From NCBI GenBank assembly GCA_963815085.1, contig CAWFFT010000056.1, forward strand, positions 19,872 through 83,871: a DNA stretch of 64,000 nucleotides, in the 5' to 3' direction. Both the position numbers and the translations under genes were made by a program. This document shows positions 22,136 to 32,623 of the stretch, one piece after another. Positions within the stretch are counted from its first letter, which is position 1. Every line of letters begins with the position of its first letter. The DNA is from an uncultured Chitinophagaceae bacterium (lineage in GTDB: Bacteria; Bacteroidota; Bacteroidia; Chitinophagales; Chitinophagaceae). The notes below the pieces were generated by a model. It was not told the DNA's origin and made no database searches. It saw nothing but the letters and a program-made list of their open reading frames with translations.

Positions 22136-25100
22136 ATGGAATATAATTTCAGGGAAATAGAAAACAAATGGCAAAGAGCCTGGAAGGAAAGTGGTATATA
22201 TCATGTGAGCAATTCATCTGATAAACCCAAATATTATGTGCTGGATATGTTTCCTTATCCGAGCGGTGCCGGGCTTCATGTGGGACATCCTTTAGGTTAC
22301 ATTGCAAGTGATATTTATGCACGGTACAAAAGACTGAAAGGCTTTAATGTGCTGCATCCTATGGGATTTGACAGTTTTGGTTTGCCGGCAGAACAATATG
22401 CAATCGAAACCGGCCAACATCCGGTAATCACCACCGAAAAAAATATTGCAACCTTCAAAGATCAGTTGGATAAAATTGGTTTTTGTTTTGACTGGAGCCG
22501 TGAAATTAAAACCAGCGATCCCGAATATTACCGTTGGACGCAATGGATTTTTTTACAAATTTTCAATAGTTGGTTCAATCCTGAAACCAACAAAGCTGAA
22601 CCTATTGAAACACTTATAAATATTTTTGAGACTCGCGGTTCTTTTAAAAAAGATGAAAAAACTTCGTTTACTGCTGATACGTGGAAAAACTTTGATGAAA
22701 AATCGAAGCAGGAAATTTTAATGGATTTCAGGCTGGCTTTTTCCTCTTATGGCGAAGTGAATTGGTGCGAAGCCCTGGGAACTGTTTTGGCAAATGACGA
22801 AGTAGTAAATGGCGTAAGTGAACGCGGCGGTTATCCTGTGGAGAAAAAGAAAATGCGGCAATGGTATTTACGGATAACCGATTATGCGGATAGACTGCTG
22901 AAAGGCCTGGAAACTGTGGAGTTCAGTGATGCCATGAAAGAAATGCAACGTAATTGGATCGGCAGGAGTGAAGGAGCGGAGATGCAATTTGCAGTTGACA
23001 ATTCACCAATGACCATCGACGTTTATACAACCCGTCCGGATACCATTTTCGGAGTAGATTTTTTAGTGCTCGCACCCGAACATGAATTAGTAAATGAAAT
23101 CACCACTGGCGAGCAACGGTCATCCATAGACGAATATTTGAATTATGTAAAGAGCAGGAGCGACAGGGAAAGAATGGCGGAAGTAAAACAAATCACCGGC
23201 TGCTTCACGGGTTCTTATGCTATCAATTCTTTTAATGGCAAAAAAGTCCCGATCTGGATTGCAGAATATGTTTTGGCCGGGTATGGAACCGGTGCGATTA
23301 TGGCTGTGCCTTGCGGCGACCAGCGCGACTTTGATTTTGCTACTCATTTTAATATTCCTATTACGAATATTATTGGCGACCATTTCAACGGCAAGGAAGC
23401 GAATCCTACTAAAGACGCGGTTTTGCAAAATTCAGGATTCCTTAATGGAATGTTGATGAAAGATGCAATTGGCGTTGCGATTGATAAGATAGAAGAAATG
23501 GGAATTGGAAAAAGAAAAGTCAATTACAGAATGCGTGATGCGGGTTTTAGTCGTCAGCGTTATTGGGGCGAACCTTTTCCAATAATCTGGAGCGATGGCG
23601 TTGCAGTTCCATTGGCAGAAAAAGAATTGCCTTTGGAATTGCCCTTTGTTGAAAAATATGGTCCCGGAAAAAACGGCGAAGGCCCATTGTCCAATTTAAT
23701 TGATTGGGTCCTCGCCCCCGTCCCCTCTCCACAGGTGAAGAGGGGGGCAGCACTTGTACCAAAATATAAAGTTTCATCTCCGGTTCAATATGAGTTAGCG
23801 AAAGGAATGCGCAAGGATCATACAAAAGCAGAAAATAAGCTTTGGCAAAATTTGCGCAATAATAAATTAGGAGTTAAATTCAGAAGACAGCATCCAATTG
23901 ATTCCTATATTGTTGATTTTATTTCTCTTCAGGATAATTTAATTGTAGAAGTAGATGGGGGATATCATCAGAACGAAGAACAGAAAGCTTATGATGAAGA
24001 AAGAACAAAAGGATTAAATGAAATAGGTTTTCGAGTCATTCGTTTTAGCAATGAAGAGGTTCTGCAAAATGTATTTGAAGTACTTAAAAAAATAAAAGAA
24101 GTTCTTGCTGCTAAATTAATAAAAGACGCTGCGGAAAATGTAGCGGAAGCTGAATCTACTTCCCCCCTCGCCATTCATGGAGAGGGGATGGGGGTGAGGG
24201 AAACCTCAACAATGCCGGGCTATGCAGGCAGTAGCTGGTATTTTTTGCGTTACATGGATCCGCACAACAACCAAACTTTTGCTGATAAAAATGCAACTGA
24301 TTACTGGAAGCAGGTTGATGTTTATATTGGCGGCACCGAACATGCTGTTGGGCATTTATTATACAGCCGTTTGTGGACAAAAATTCTTTATGATCTTGGT
24401 TATATTAGTTTTGATGAGCCTTATAAAAAGTTGGTTAACCAGGGGATGATACAAGGAAGCAGCAGGTTTGTTTACAGATTAGAGAACTATACTGTACAAG
24501 CCGCTAATCAGGCAGAGGGAAAGCAAATCTTGATTTCGAAGAGCATTCGGGACAGAATTTATTTTGACAATAAGGGCAGCAATCTTTCTCATGCGGATCT
24601 TTCGTTATTAAATAAAGCAGTAGGAATAGAAGAAGATTATAAACCTTCAGGTTCTCAAACAATAGTGTCACAAATTCATGTTGATGTCAATCTTGTTGAT
24701 GGAGTTGAATTAGATATTGAAGCTTTTAAGAAATCAAAGCCGGAATATGCTAATGCAGAATTCATTCTTGAAGATGGCAAATACATCTGCGGAGTGGAGA
24801 CAGAAAAAATGTCCAAATCAAAGTATAATACCGTAAATCCAAATGAAATCGTTGACAAATATGGCGCTGACACTTTCCGCATGTATGAAATGTTTCTGGG
24901 TCCGGTTGAGCAGAGTAAACCTTGGGATACAAAAGGAATTGAAGGCGTTCATCGATTTTTGAAAAAGTTGTGGCGTTTATTTTATGACGAACAAAAAGGC
25001 AAAGGTTTGGAACGAAGAAAAAGCGAACAATGCTGAATTAAAAACGCTTCATAAAACCATCAAAAAGATTGAAGAAGATACCGAACGCTTTTCTTTCAAT

Positions 25101-25490
25101 ACAGCAGTCAGTGCATTTATGGTTTGTGTAAATGAACTTACCGATCTTAAATGTCATAAGAAAGAAATTCTGCAACCGATGTTGGTCTTGCTCACTCCTT
25201 ATGCGCCGCATATTGCAGAAGAATTGTATCACGTTCTCGGAAATACAGATTCAATTCTCGATGCTCAATATCCTGGACTGGAAAATAAATATTTAGTTGA
25301 GGAAGAAAAAGAATATCCAATTTCCATTAATGGAAAATTAAGGACAACAATTACTATTTCTCTGGACGCTTCACAACAGGAAGTGGAGAAAATTGTTTTG
25401 GGTAATGAAGTAGTTCAAAAATGGATTGATGGCAAACCTGTGAAGAAAATCATTTTTATTAAAAATAAAATGGTGAATGTGGTGGTGTAA
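22136..25490 (+). CDS. leuS: Leucine--tRNA ligase with an in-frame DUF559 insertion; one frameshift at ~25,004 (probable sequencing error)
   Basis: MFPYPSGAGLHVGH (HIGH), TTRPDT, GTGAIMAVP, SRQRYWGEP, KMSKS; the anticodon-binding C-terminus continues in ORF 24984-25490. Confidence 0.97.
23710..24199 (+). mobile_element. DUF559 endonuclease-like domain flanked by 38-bp inverted palindromic repeats, inserted in leuS
   Basis: Domain AK.MRK..T.AE..LWQ.LR..KLGVKFRRQHPI..YIVDF....LIVEVDG..H....YD..RT..L...G.RVIRF.N; flanks 23710-23747 and 24162-24199 are 30/38 identical as inverted copies. Confidence 0.8.
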
Positions 25491-25538
25491 GTTTTTAGAT
25501 TGTCAGTAAAAATAACACGACTTAAGCGGCAATTTAAA

Positions 25539-26945
25539 TCACTTCATTTTACTTTCAATTTCATCAAGATTAATGTTCATTTTGCTGTGGGTAAACTCCG
25601 GTTGTTGTTCCAGCCGTTTTTTATCATCAAACCCTAAGGCTACGGCTTTTTGCAAATCTAGTTTTGCCTTTTCAGCCTCATTATTTCGTGCATCAAGAAT
25701 GGCCGAGAAATACCAAGCTTCACTATTGTCCGGATCTGCTTTTTTATAAAGAGTTACAAAATATTCCGCTCCTTGATTCTGATTTTGATTAATCAATTGA
25801 TTACTGAAAGAATAAAAAGCTAAAGAAAGATAAGCGTCCAAACGCTGGTACATGGCTTCGTCAGGAGATTCTCCTTTTGATTTTGATTTCACGTCGGCAA
25901 TAGTTTTATTCCAATATTGTGAATCTTCACTTTGAAAATGCTGTTGGAATACTGCTTTTATATTTTCTTCTTTTTGTAAAAGAGTTTGTCGTTCCTGCTC
26001 TTGCTTTTGATAAGCAGTTGTATGAATAATCGATTCTTCTTTATTATGAAACCACACAGATTTATCCGTCACATCATCCAACATGCCTGATGCGAGGCTG
26101 CAGGTCTCTTCCGCTTTTATAAAATCATTTTCTTGTAATTCTTTTTCAATTTCCTTTTGGTTGCGGGTAATAAAATTGTTTGCGAATGTAATGTCATAAG
26201 GAATCTGGTTCTTTCGCATGGCGTCAAATTGTAATCCCTCAAAAGCAGTATTCATGACACTTTCAGGCGCCCATTCGTGTATGCCTTTAAAAAAAATAAT
26301 GCGATGACGTGTTAGTGATTTATCCAAAATTTTATCAATAGAAACCAGGTCGGTCATGTTCATATCCCCGTTTCCCGTAATGGCAGTAAAACTGAAACTT
26401 AGGTTTCCTGCAGTGGTAATTTCCTGCAGGCCGGCGCCGTTGGCAATTATTCCGGAAATGTGATGATGTAAAGCTATAAAAGTAGCGGCTTTCGCTCCGC
26501 CTGAAAATCCACATGTATAAATTCTATCCGGATCAATTTCCACACGTTTTTGCACATCATCATTCAACGTATTCCAGATGCTTTCTGCATCATTCCAGTC
26601 GTTGCCGTTTTTTGAATCATTGCTTCCGGCAAAAATAAAATGAAAGCTATCTGCAAGTGCCTTATATTTTTTTACAGGAAGCAGACCATCACCATGCGGA
26701 TCAAAAAAATAAACTATTGGCAAAGGCTTGTGGCTGCTGTCTTCAGGAATATAAAGCGCGTAAGATTTTGTGGGATCATCGCTGCAAAAGACCGGGTTTA
26801 TGATCTTTGCTTTTTGAAAAGTATTATTCACCGGTTTTTTTAAAACCAGGGACGAATCAATATCGCTATTACTCCCGTTACCTGAACCACAGGAAATTAT
26901 GAAAAAGGTGAGGAGGAATAAAGTAATGGTCTGAAGCGCTTTCAT
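25539..26945 (-). CDS. Lipoprotein with alpha/beta-hydrolase domain and TPR-like C-terminus
   Basis: Lipobox IISC, GFSGG nucleophile elbow, HEWAP, helical C-terminus. Confidence 0.7.
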   Translation of the reverse strand: MKALQTITLFLLTFFIISCGSGNGSNSDIDSSLVLKKPVNNTFQKAKIINPVFCSDDPTKSYALYIPEDSSHKPLPIVYFFDPHGDGLLPVKKYKALADSFHFIFAGSNDSKNGNDWNDAESIWNTLNDDVQKRVEIDPDRIYTCGFSGGAKAATFIALHHHISGIIANGAGLQEITTAGNLSFSFTAITGNGDMNMTDLVSIDKILDKSLTRHRIIFFKGIHEWAPESVMNTAFEGLQFDAMRKNQIPYDITFANNFITRNQKEIEKELQENDFIKAEETCSLASGMLDDVTDKSVWFHNKEESIIHTTAYQKQEQERQTLLQKEENIKAVFQQHFQSEDSQYWNKTIADVKSKSKGESPDEAMYQRLDAYLSLAFYSFSNQLINQNQNQGAEYFVTLYKKADPDNSEAWYFSAILDARNNEAEKAKLDLQKAVALGFDDKKRLEQQPEFTHSKMNINLDEIESKMK

Positions 26946-27365
26946 TTTATAGAAAAGAGATGTAGAGAAATAATGGGCTAAAAGGTAAAGCCCAAATATA
27001 ACAATTTAAGTGTGGGTTGTTGTATTTGGATGAACGAAAAAAAGAGAAAATTTTTTCAAATAATGGCCTGTTTTATTACCTTCTTTCTCTTCTCCCAGGA
27101 CTTGGGGCGACAAAACTTTTAATAAAGAAAGTCCAGCCGTATCCAAGATTTATTTCTTCCTCAAAAATATCGGGAAGATTGAAAACTCGTACTCATTTGT
27201 TGATCTTGTAAAAGTGAATAAATATTTTCCGCAACAATTAAAATAAAAATACTTGTAATTTCTTCGTCCACTGTAGTTGCGAAAAATGGGGGATACCTGG
27301 AGAGGCATCGCTAAATCCTTTGTTGAAAATTCGATTGTAGATGCAATAGTTTTTTGCTTGTATAA

Positions 27366-27650
27366 TCAAAGCATTGTTTGCACAATTTCTTCCCATTCGT
27401 ATTCTAAAGATCCTTTTGCCCTTCTTTTGCCTGCGCGGTTGTACCAATACTCTGAATTAAAGACATCGCCTTCTTTACGATGAAGATAAGCATGGACCCA
27501 CGATGCGTTTTCATCATTCATCTCCTGGACAATTTCGTGAGCTTTGTCCCAATTGCCTTTGGCATCAAACCATAATGCCTGGAGATACACGGCTACATCA
27601 TGTGGAGGTTCATTTCCCGATAAGGTTTGTTTAAATTCGTAAAGTTTCAT
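27366..27650 (-). CDS. Conserved hypothetical protein
   Basis: ALW..AKG.WD.AH..VQ, WVHAYLHRKEGD..N..YWY.RAG widespread motif. Confidence 0.8.
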   Translation of the reverse strand: MKLYEFKQTLSGNEPPHDVAVYLQALWFDAKGNWDKAHEIVQEMNDENASWVHAYLHRKEGDVFNSEYWYNRAGKRRAKGSLEYEWEEIVQTML

Positions 27651-27943
27651 GTAAATAAGTTTGACCGGGTTATCAAATTCTTCAGCCCTTACTTCACTTA
27701 AAGGTAAAGAAAATTATAAAAACGAAAGGAGAAAGCATTCCTCTTTTACGAACAGTGAACCGGTAAATAATCGCAATTTTTATTACTTATCTAGCTTAAA
27801 TTATTATCCCATAATTTTGCAAAAGATTTGAATACAGCATTTTTAATGAAACGTTCATATTCTTTTCGTTTTCTTTATCCAAATGAAAATTGATTTTTAA
27901 CTTTTGGACTTGCAGTTATGCCGGGACAACAAAATATATTTTT

Positions 27944-28228
27944 ATGAAAAAAATTCTCCTGATTTCCATTTTTTTTACCGCTTGTACTCACCATTCAAAT
28001 AACGAGAAAGCGGTTTCAAAAGTTAAAACAGAAGAACAAATGACAAAGCCTGCAAACAAGTTTTCGGGAGTTGAATTCGCATCAAAAAAAGACCTGTCCT
28101 GTGGTATGCCTTTATCAGCAGGCGTTGAAGATACCGCACATTACAATGGAAAAATATATGGTTTTTGTTCTACCGAGTGCAAGGATTCATTTTTAACTGA
28201 TCCCCAAAAATATCTGGCAAAAAAATAG
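27944..28228 (+). CDS. YHS-domain lipoprotein
   Basis: Lipobox FTAC; D..CGM, Y.GK.Y.FCS..C...F..DP..Y. Confidence 0.85.
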   Translation: MKKILLISIFFTACTHHSNNEKAVSKVKTEEQMTKPANKFSGVEFASKKDLSCGMPLSAGVEDTAHYNGKIYGFCSTECKDSFLTDPQKYLAKK

Positions 28229-28295
28229 GTGCGGATTACCGTCAAAACTGCAAAAAAGGTAAGGGGGATGCTTTACACCTTTGTTTAAAATAGAT

Positions 28296-29106
28296 ATGCA
28301 ACCTTTACATTTTCCTCCACCTGAAATTTTGGCTCCTTACATTGCTTTTTACGGCATTTGGAATCTTGATGAAGGTTTTAACGAACCTTATGTTTCCCCA
28401 CCTCTTGGCCTTTCCGGTTTCATTATTTGCCTGGATCATCCTATCAATGCAAAATTGAACGGAAAGCTGTTTATGAAAGATAAATATTGTGCCACGGGAC
28501 AAGTGACTGCGCCCATGATTGGTGATGTATCTGGCAAAAATCGAATATTGATGGTTTTTATGCATCCGTTCGGCATGCATCAATTGTTTGGTCTTGATAT
28601 GTCTTTACTGACTGATACTTCAATGGCTCTGAATGAACTAATAGGCGAAGAAAAGTGCAACGAGTTAATTGCAAAATTCGATGAGAATACGGAAAATGAA
28701 GATATGATAAAGGTGCTGAATGAATTTTTTTTATCGCAGTCTGCCGGCAATTGAAATACCGGCAAAAATTGTGCTCGCCCTTGATTACATTCATAAAAAC
28801 AAAGGAAATGTTTCAGTGAAAGATATTGAAGCCAATTGCTTCATTACTTCACGCAGCCTTGAAAGGCATTTTAAAACTTTTGTGGGTTTAAGTCCAAAAG
28901 AATATGCCAAGATCTTTCGGTTCAAATGCCTCATTAATTTTATTCACCAAAACCCCGGCGTTACATGGCACACGCTTTGCGAACAAAACGGCTATTACGA
29001 CCAATCACATCTTACACGTTATTTTACACGTTATTTAAATATTAAACCCACCGAAATCGTTTATCCCGATACAGATTTTATCAACTACCTGTTGCAGGAA
29101 ACTTAA
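28296..29106 (+). CDS. AraC family transcriptional regulator (DUF6597-like N-terminus), one frameshift at ~28,735
   Basis: PP..LAPYI N-terminus; R.LERHFK..VGLSPK...I.RF and GYYDQSH..R.F in the second frame. Confidence 0.88.
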
Positions 29107-29570
29107 TTACTTCCTTTTCATTTTGTCGCGTTTGTACAGTCTTATTCGCGCAGAAGCCTTTATCTTAGTGCTTTGTAACATCATAGCTTTCACAGAATTG
29201 TATGAAAGCAGACACCACTTTTGATGTTGCAGCGCTTTCCCGGAAAAAACTGAAAAAACAAGTAAATCAGGTTGCAAAAACCAATCGATAGAAGTATGCT
29301 TTGTGCTTTCATAAGGCTACTGTGAGAGAGTAAAAAAAGAATTTTTAAGAATTAGCTGACATTTATCTGTGTGTGTTTTTCAATCCCTGCTGTTTCTCTT
29401 CATGCATGGAGGGGCAGCAAAGCCATAGCGTTTGCAGGAACTGACTATGAAAGTGATGAGGAACAATGACCTTCAAAAAGGTGTCGCATGGGTCCATTTT
29501 TTTACCCTTACAATAAAATAACTGTCTTTATAGTCCTCAATCTCACAAAACTTTATCAAAAAATCAAAAC

Positions 29571-30104
29571 ATGAAAAAAGCAATTATCGTTCTGACCGTC
29601 GCGCTGATGGCTGTCGCTTGTAACCAGTCAACACAACAAAGTGAAACAACACCAAAAGATGAAACCGCATCCGCCAGCGATACAGCGATGCAAAGTGCTT
29701 ATGAAGCAAACCTTGCGACCTATAAAGCCCAGGTAGCTGCTTTTGAAAAAGAAGATTTGGACGCGTGGGCGGCAACGGTTGCGGATTCTGCTGTTTGGTC
29801 GTCACCTTTATATGGAGATACAATAACCACCAAAGCTCATTGGGTGGCATCAACCAAATACGATTTTGACAACTTCAGCAATTTGCATTTAACACAGGCT
29901 CAATTTTTACCAGGTGTCGATTCAGCTACTCATCAGCCGGATGGAAGTGTAAGATATTATGGCACATGGACCGGTACCTATTCTTCCGGCAAACCCGTAA
30001 GCTTAAAGTTTTACGGAACCTACGATTTCAACAAGGATCACAAAATAATATACGGCGCTGATTATTATGATGCGGGTGGAATGATGAATGCTTTGAAGCA
30101 ATAA
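29571..30104 (+). CDS. NTF2/SnoaL-like lipoprotein
   Basis: Lipobox AVAC; DGSVRYYGTWTG, YDFN.D.KI....YYD.GG. Confidence 0.75.
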   Translation: MKKAIIVLTVALMAVACNQSTQQSETTPKDETASASDTAMQSAYEANLATYKAQVAAFEKEDLDAWAATVADSAVWSSPLYGDTITTKAHWVASTKYDFDNFSNLHLTQAQFLPGVDSATHQPDGSVRYYGTWTGTYSSGKPVSLKFYGTYDFNKDHKIIYGADYYDAGGMMNALKQ

Positions 30105-30111
30105 AAATACA

Positions 30112-30200
30112 AGTGAAGCCAGCAATCACTCAAAAAAACGGGCCTGTCCTGCACAGGCATTTTTGCAGGGGCGTTACTGAAAAGCCAAACGAGTAAGCAA
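30112..30200 (+). ncRNA. Structured leader motif, copy 1 (with an extra inserted hairpin)
   Basis: AGTGA..TCACT hairpin, then AAAAAAACG-GGC-[hairpin]-TTACT-GAAAA-GCC-AAAC-GAGTA-AGCAA; ATG at 30218. Confidence 0.65.
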
Positions 30201-30217
30201 TTAAAAAAATAAAAATT

Positions 30218-30706
30218 ATGAAAAAAATTATGATTACCGCAGGGTTATTCCTTTTAGGATTAACCGCCTTTTGCCAGCAGGAAGAAAATGGCACCATCTT
30301 CATTAAGCACCCATACATTGATGTAGTAAATCAGGCCAACAAAGATTATACGGCTAATGATATGACTACAGCGAAAGATTATTATTCCGACACTGCTAAA
30401 TGGTGGATCTCAGGGATGGAAAAATTTATTCCGATAGCAGATGCTATAAAAATGTGGCAAAACGATTTCAAATATTTCGACAACGTTTCCCAGGAAATGG
30501 TCGGTTACCCTGATTACCTGCACTACAAAAAAGAAGACGCGAAAATTGTGCAATCATGGTGGAACTGGTCTGGCAAGTCAAAGAAAACAGGTGAAGTTAT
30601 AAAAGTACCTATGGTGATGTTCGATGAATTTGATAACGATGGCAAAATTGTCCGGGAATATATCTATGGAGATTTTTCGAAAGTAAACCAGGAAGAAAAC
30701 ATGTAA
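30218..30706 (+). CDS. Secreted NTF2/SnoaL-like protein
   Basis: Signal peptide; GYPDYLHY, VQSWW.W.G..K.TG, F..DGKI..E..Y.D. Confidence 0.75.
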   Translation: MKKIMITAGLFLLGLTAFCQQEENGTIFIKHPYIDVVNQANKDYTANDMTTAKDYYSDTAKWWISGMEKFIPIADAIKMWQNDFKYFDNVSQEMVGYPDYLHYKKEDAKIVQSWWNWSGKSKKTGEVIKVPMVMFDEFDNDGKIVREYIYGDFSKVNQEENM

Positions 30707-30721
30707 AAACTAAAGAATGTT

Positions 30722-30755
30722 GGGTTGACAACCTTCGAAGGTTGGCAACCCTTTT
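30722..30755 (+). repeat. Near-perfect palindrome followed by a T run (REP-like element or terminator)
   Basis: GGGTTG-A-CAACCTTCGAAGGTTG-G-CAACCC-TTTT. Confidence 0.6.
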
Positions 30756-30784
30756 CGGATATATACACATTTAAACTTAAAACG

Positions 30785-30838
30785 ATGATCAAATTAACAG
30801 TGCTTTACGGCCGGCAAATCCGGAAGCTTGTTGAATAA
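30785..30838 (+). pseudogene. 17-codon remnant resembling an EthD-family N-terminus
   Basis: MIKLTVLYGRQIRKLVE*; EthD proteins typically start MIKLTVLYG.P. Confidence 0.45.
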
Positions 30839-30846
30839 GGCACGAT

Positions 30847-30883
30847 AAAAAAACGGGTAAGCCGAAAACCTTTTAGAGTAGGC
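30847..30883 (+). ncRNA. Structured leader motif, copy 2
   Basis: AAAAAAACG-GGT-AA-GCC-GAAA-ACC-TTTTA-GAGTA-GGC; ATG at 30907. Confidence 0.72.
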
Positions 30884-30906
30884 AACAACAAATAAATTAT
30901 GATACA

Positions 30907-31173
30907 ATGCCAACAGTAGTAGGACGCCACAAAGTAGGCGATTTTAAAACATGGCTCGAAGGCCATGAAGACAGGGTCAAAATTTTTGCACCTGCCGTTT
31001 CCGGCTTTAAGACTTTCCAGGATGCCGACGATCCTAATTCAATTGCGTTAGTAATGGAAGTTACTGACATGGAAAAATTCGGAGCGATAATGAATGATCC
31101 GGCTATTCAACCGTTTAAAGACAAGCATACAGTAATAGAACCTGTTACTATTTCAATGCAAGTGGAGGTTTAG
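30907..31173 (+). CDS. Small dimeric alpha/beta-barrel (cyclase-like) protein
   Basis: H.V.DF..W, F....DPN.....E..D pattern; paralog of 32703-32972. Confidence 0.65.
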   Translation: MPTVVGRHKVGDFKTWLEGHEDRVKIFAPAVSGFKTFQDADDPNSIALVMEVTDMEKFGAIMNDPAIQPFKDKHTVIEPVTISMQVEV

Positions 31174-31184
31174 AGATTGGAAAC

Positions 31185-31220
31185 AAAAAACGGGTGAGCT
31201 GAAAACCGCTTAGAGTAGGC
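31185..31220 (+). ncRNA. Structured leader motif, copy 3
   Basis: AAAAAACG-GGT-GA-GCT-GAAA-ACC-GCTTA-GAGTA-GGC; ATG at 31238. Confidence 0.72.
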
Positions 31221-31237
31221 AATAAAAACAAAAAGAT

Positions 31238-31693
31238 ATGAGCAACATAGACTTGGGTGAACCCCTTTACGAATACAACCTTAAAATTACCGGCCTTACA
31301 GAATATGGAGTAAGCCTCCAGGATTTGGCCTCACGAAAAATTCCACCGCCGCCCGAAGGCGCCAGGTTTGATGTAGCCTTTGCCGGCGAAGCAACCGGCA
31401 CAAAACTCAGCGGAAAAGTTTCCGGCGTAGATTATTTACACATCCGTGCGGACGGACGTTTCCAATTGGATGTTCATGCTGAGATTACCGCTGCAGACGG
31501 TCAAAAAATTTCATTGAAAGCTGATGGCGTTGCACTTCCAAGGCAAGACAGTAGCATTTCCGATTTGAGGGAGAACGTAACATTATTCAGTTCTTCAAAA
31601 GATTATATGTGGGTAAATCCAATACAGGTCTGGGGCATCGGCACAGTTGATTTGGCTACTCAGGACATTCATATAGCAGGCTATTCGGTATAG
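31238..31693 (+). CDS. DUF3237-like beta-barrel protein
   Basis: G.A.G.KL.GKV.G.DY..IR.DG...LDV...I...DG..I, Y.WVN. Confidence 0.7.
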   Translation: MSNIDLGEPLYEYNLKITGLTEYGVSLQDLASRKIPPPPEGARFDVAFAGEATGTKLSGKVSGVDYLHIRADGRFQLDVHAEITAADGQKISLKADGVALPRQDSSISDLRENVTLFSSSKDYMWVNPIQVWGIGTVDLATQDIHIAGYSV

Positions 31694-31765
31694 TAGGTAT
31701 TGATGGTTGACATTCTTTTGAAAAGGAACATCCACCAACAGGCAAAGCGCATTAAAAAAATAAAA

Positions 31766-31990
31766 ATGGAAACAAACAAGACAAAAAATGTGCTCATCAC
31801 CGGATGCAGTACCGGATTGGATACCCTATAGCAGAAAAATTAGCAGGTAATGGTTACAACGGTTTCGCTATAATGGGTAATCTGCAAAAATCGCCTGCAT
31901 AGGGTGAGCTTGCCAAAGAAGAAAATTTGCTGCTTACAGTTCTTCCTTTTGGATGTGGATGATGCAACTCGATGGCGAAAGCATGAAACA
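31766..31990 (+). pseudogene. Truncated short-chain dehydrogenase remnant
   Basis: METNKTKNVLITGCSTG, then after a shift IAEKLAGNGY...ELAKEENL.LTVLP.DV.D with an internal stop; the rest of the gene is absent. Confidence 0.7.
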
Positions 31991-32004
31991 CATTAAAAAT
32001 CATC

Positions 32005-32067
32005 GTGGAGTTCAGAAACCACTTAAAAAAACGAGGCGAATTTCCGAAAAGCCTTAAGAGTAGGAAA
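32005..32067 (+). ncRNA. Structured leader motif, copy 4
   Basis: GTGG..CCAC hairpin, then AAAAAAACG-AGGC-GAA-TTTCC-GAAAA-GCCT-TAA-GAGTA-GGAAA; ATG at 32084. Confidence 0.75.
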
Positions 32068-32083
32068 ACAAAATTTAAATAAA

Positions 32084-32407
32084 ATGAAAAAGTATTTAAT
32101 CAAAGGAACCTATACTGCAGCCGGAACAAAAGCATTGATGCAGGAAGGCGGTTCCAAACGTAAAGTTGCAATTGACAATATGATGTCAAGTCTTGGCGGT
32201 AAAGTTGAATCATTTTACTATTCAACAGGTGAAGATGATGTCTATGTAATTGTAGAACTTCCTGATGATGTTTCAGGTGCAGCTGCTTCATTAGCCGTGA
32301 ATGCTACTGGTCTTGTCAAAATAACATCATCACCTTTGCTTTCTGTAAAGGACATGGATGCTGCGTGTAAAAAATCTGTCACTTACCGTGCGCCGGGGCA
32401 AAAATAG
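32084..32407 (+). CDS. GYD domain protein
   Basis: Y...G.YT..G, R.......LGGK.E.FY...GE.D...I.ELPD. Confidence 0.88.
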   Translation: MKKYLIKGTYTAAGTKALMQEGGSKRKVAIDNMMSSLGGKVESFYYSTGEDDVYVIVELPDDVSGAAASLAVNATGLVKITSSPLLSVKDMDAACKKSVTYRAPGQK

Positions 32408-32623
32408 ATAGCGTTATTATTTCTTCTCTGCAGCATTTATTATTGGTTAGAACGCCTCCAAAGGATTTTAAATCCTGCCAGGGTTATCTCAAAAAAGCAA
32501 AAAGAAAAATCCGTTTTTTCGTTCGTTTACTGGTAAATCTTTGCGCATAGGATTTGTATTACACGAAACGAAAAACCGGGATTTAATGGATTTTGGAACG
32601 AACCAGCTAAAGCAAAAATTATT

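Noticed and set aside
23710-24199. leuS insert as an intein or group I/II intron
   Set aside because: No intein terminal residues or LAGLIDADG/HNH motifs; nearly all of the insert is DUF559 coding sequence, leaving no room for a ribozyme core
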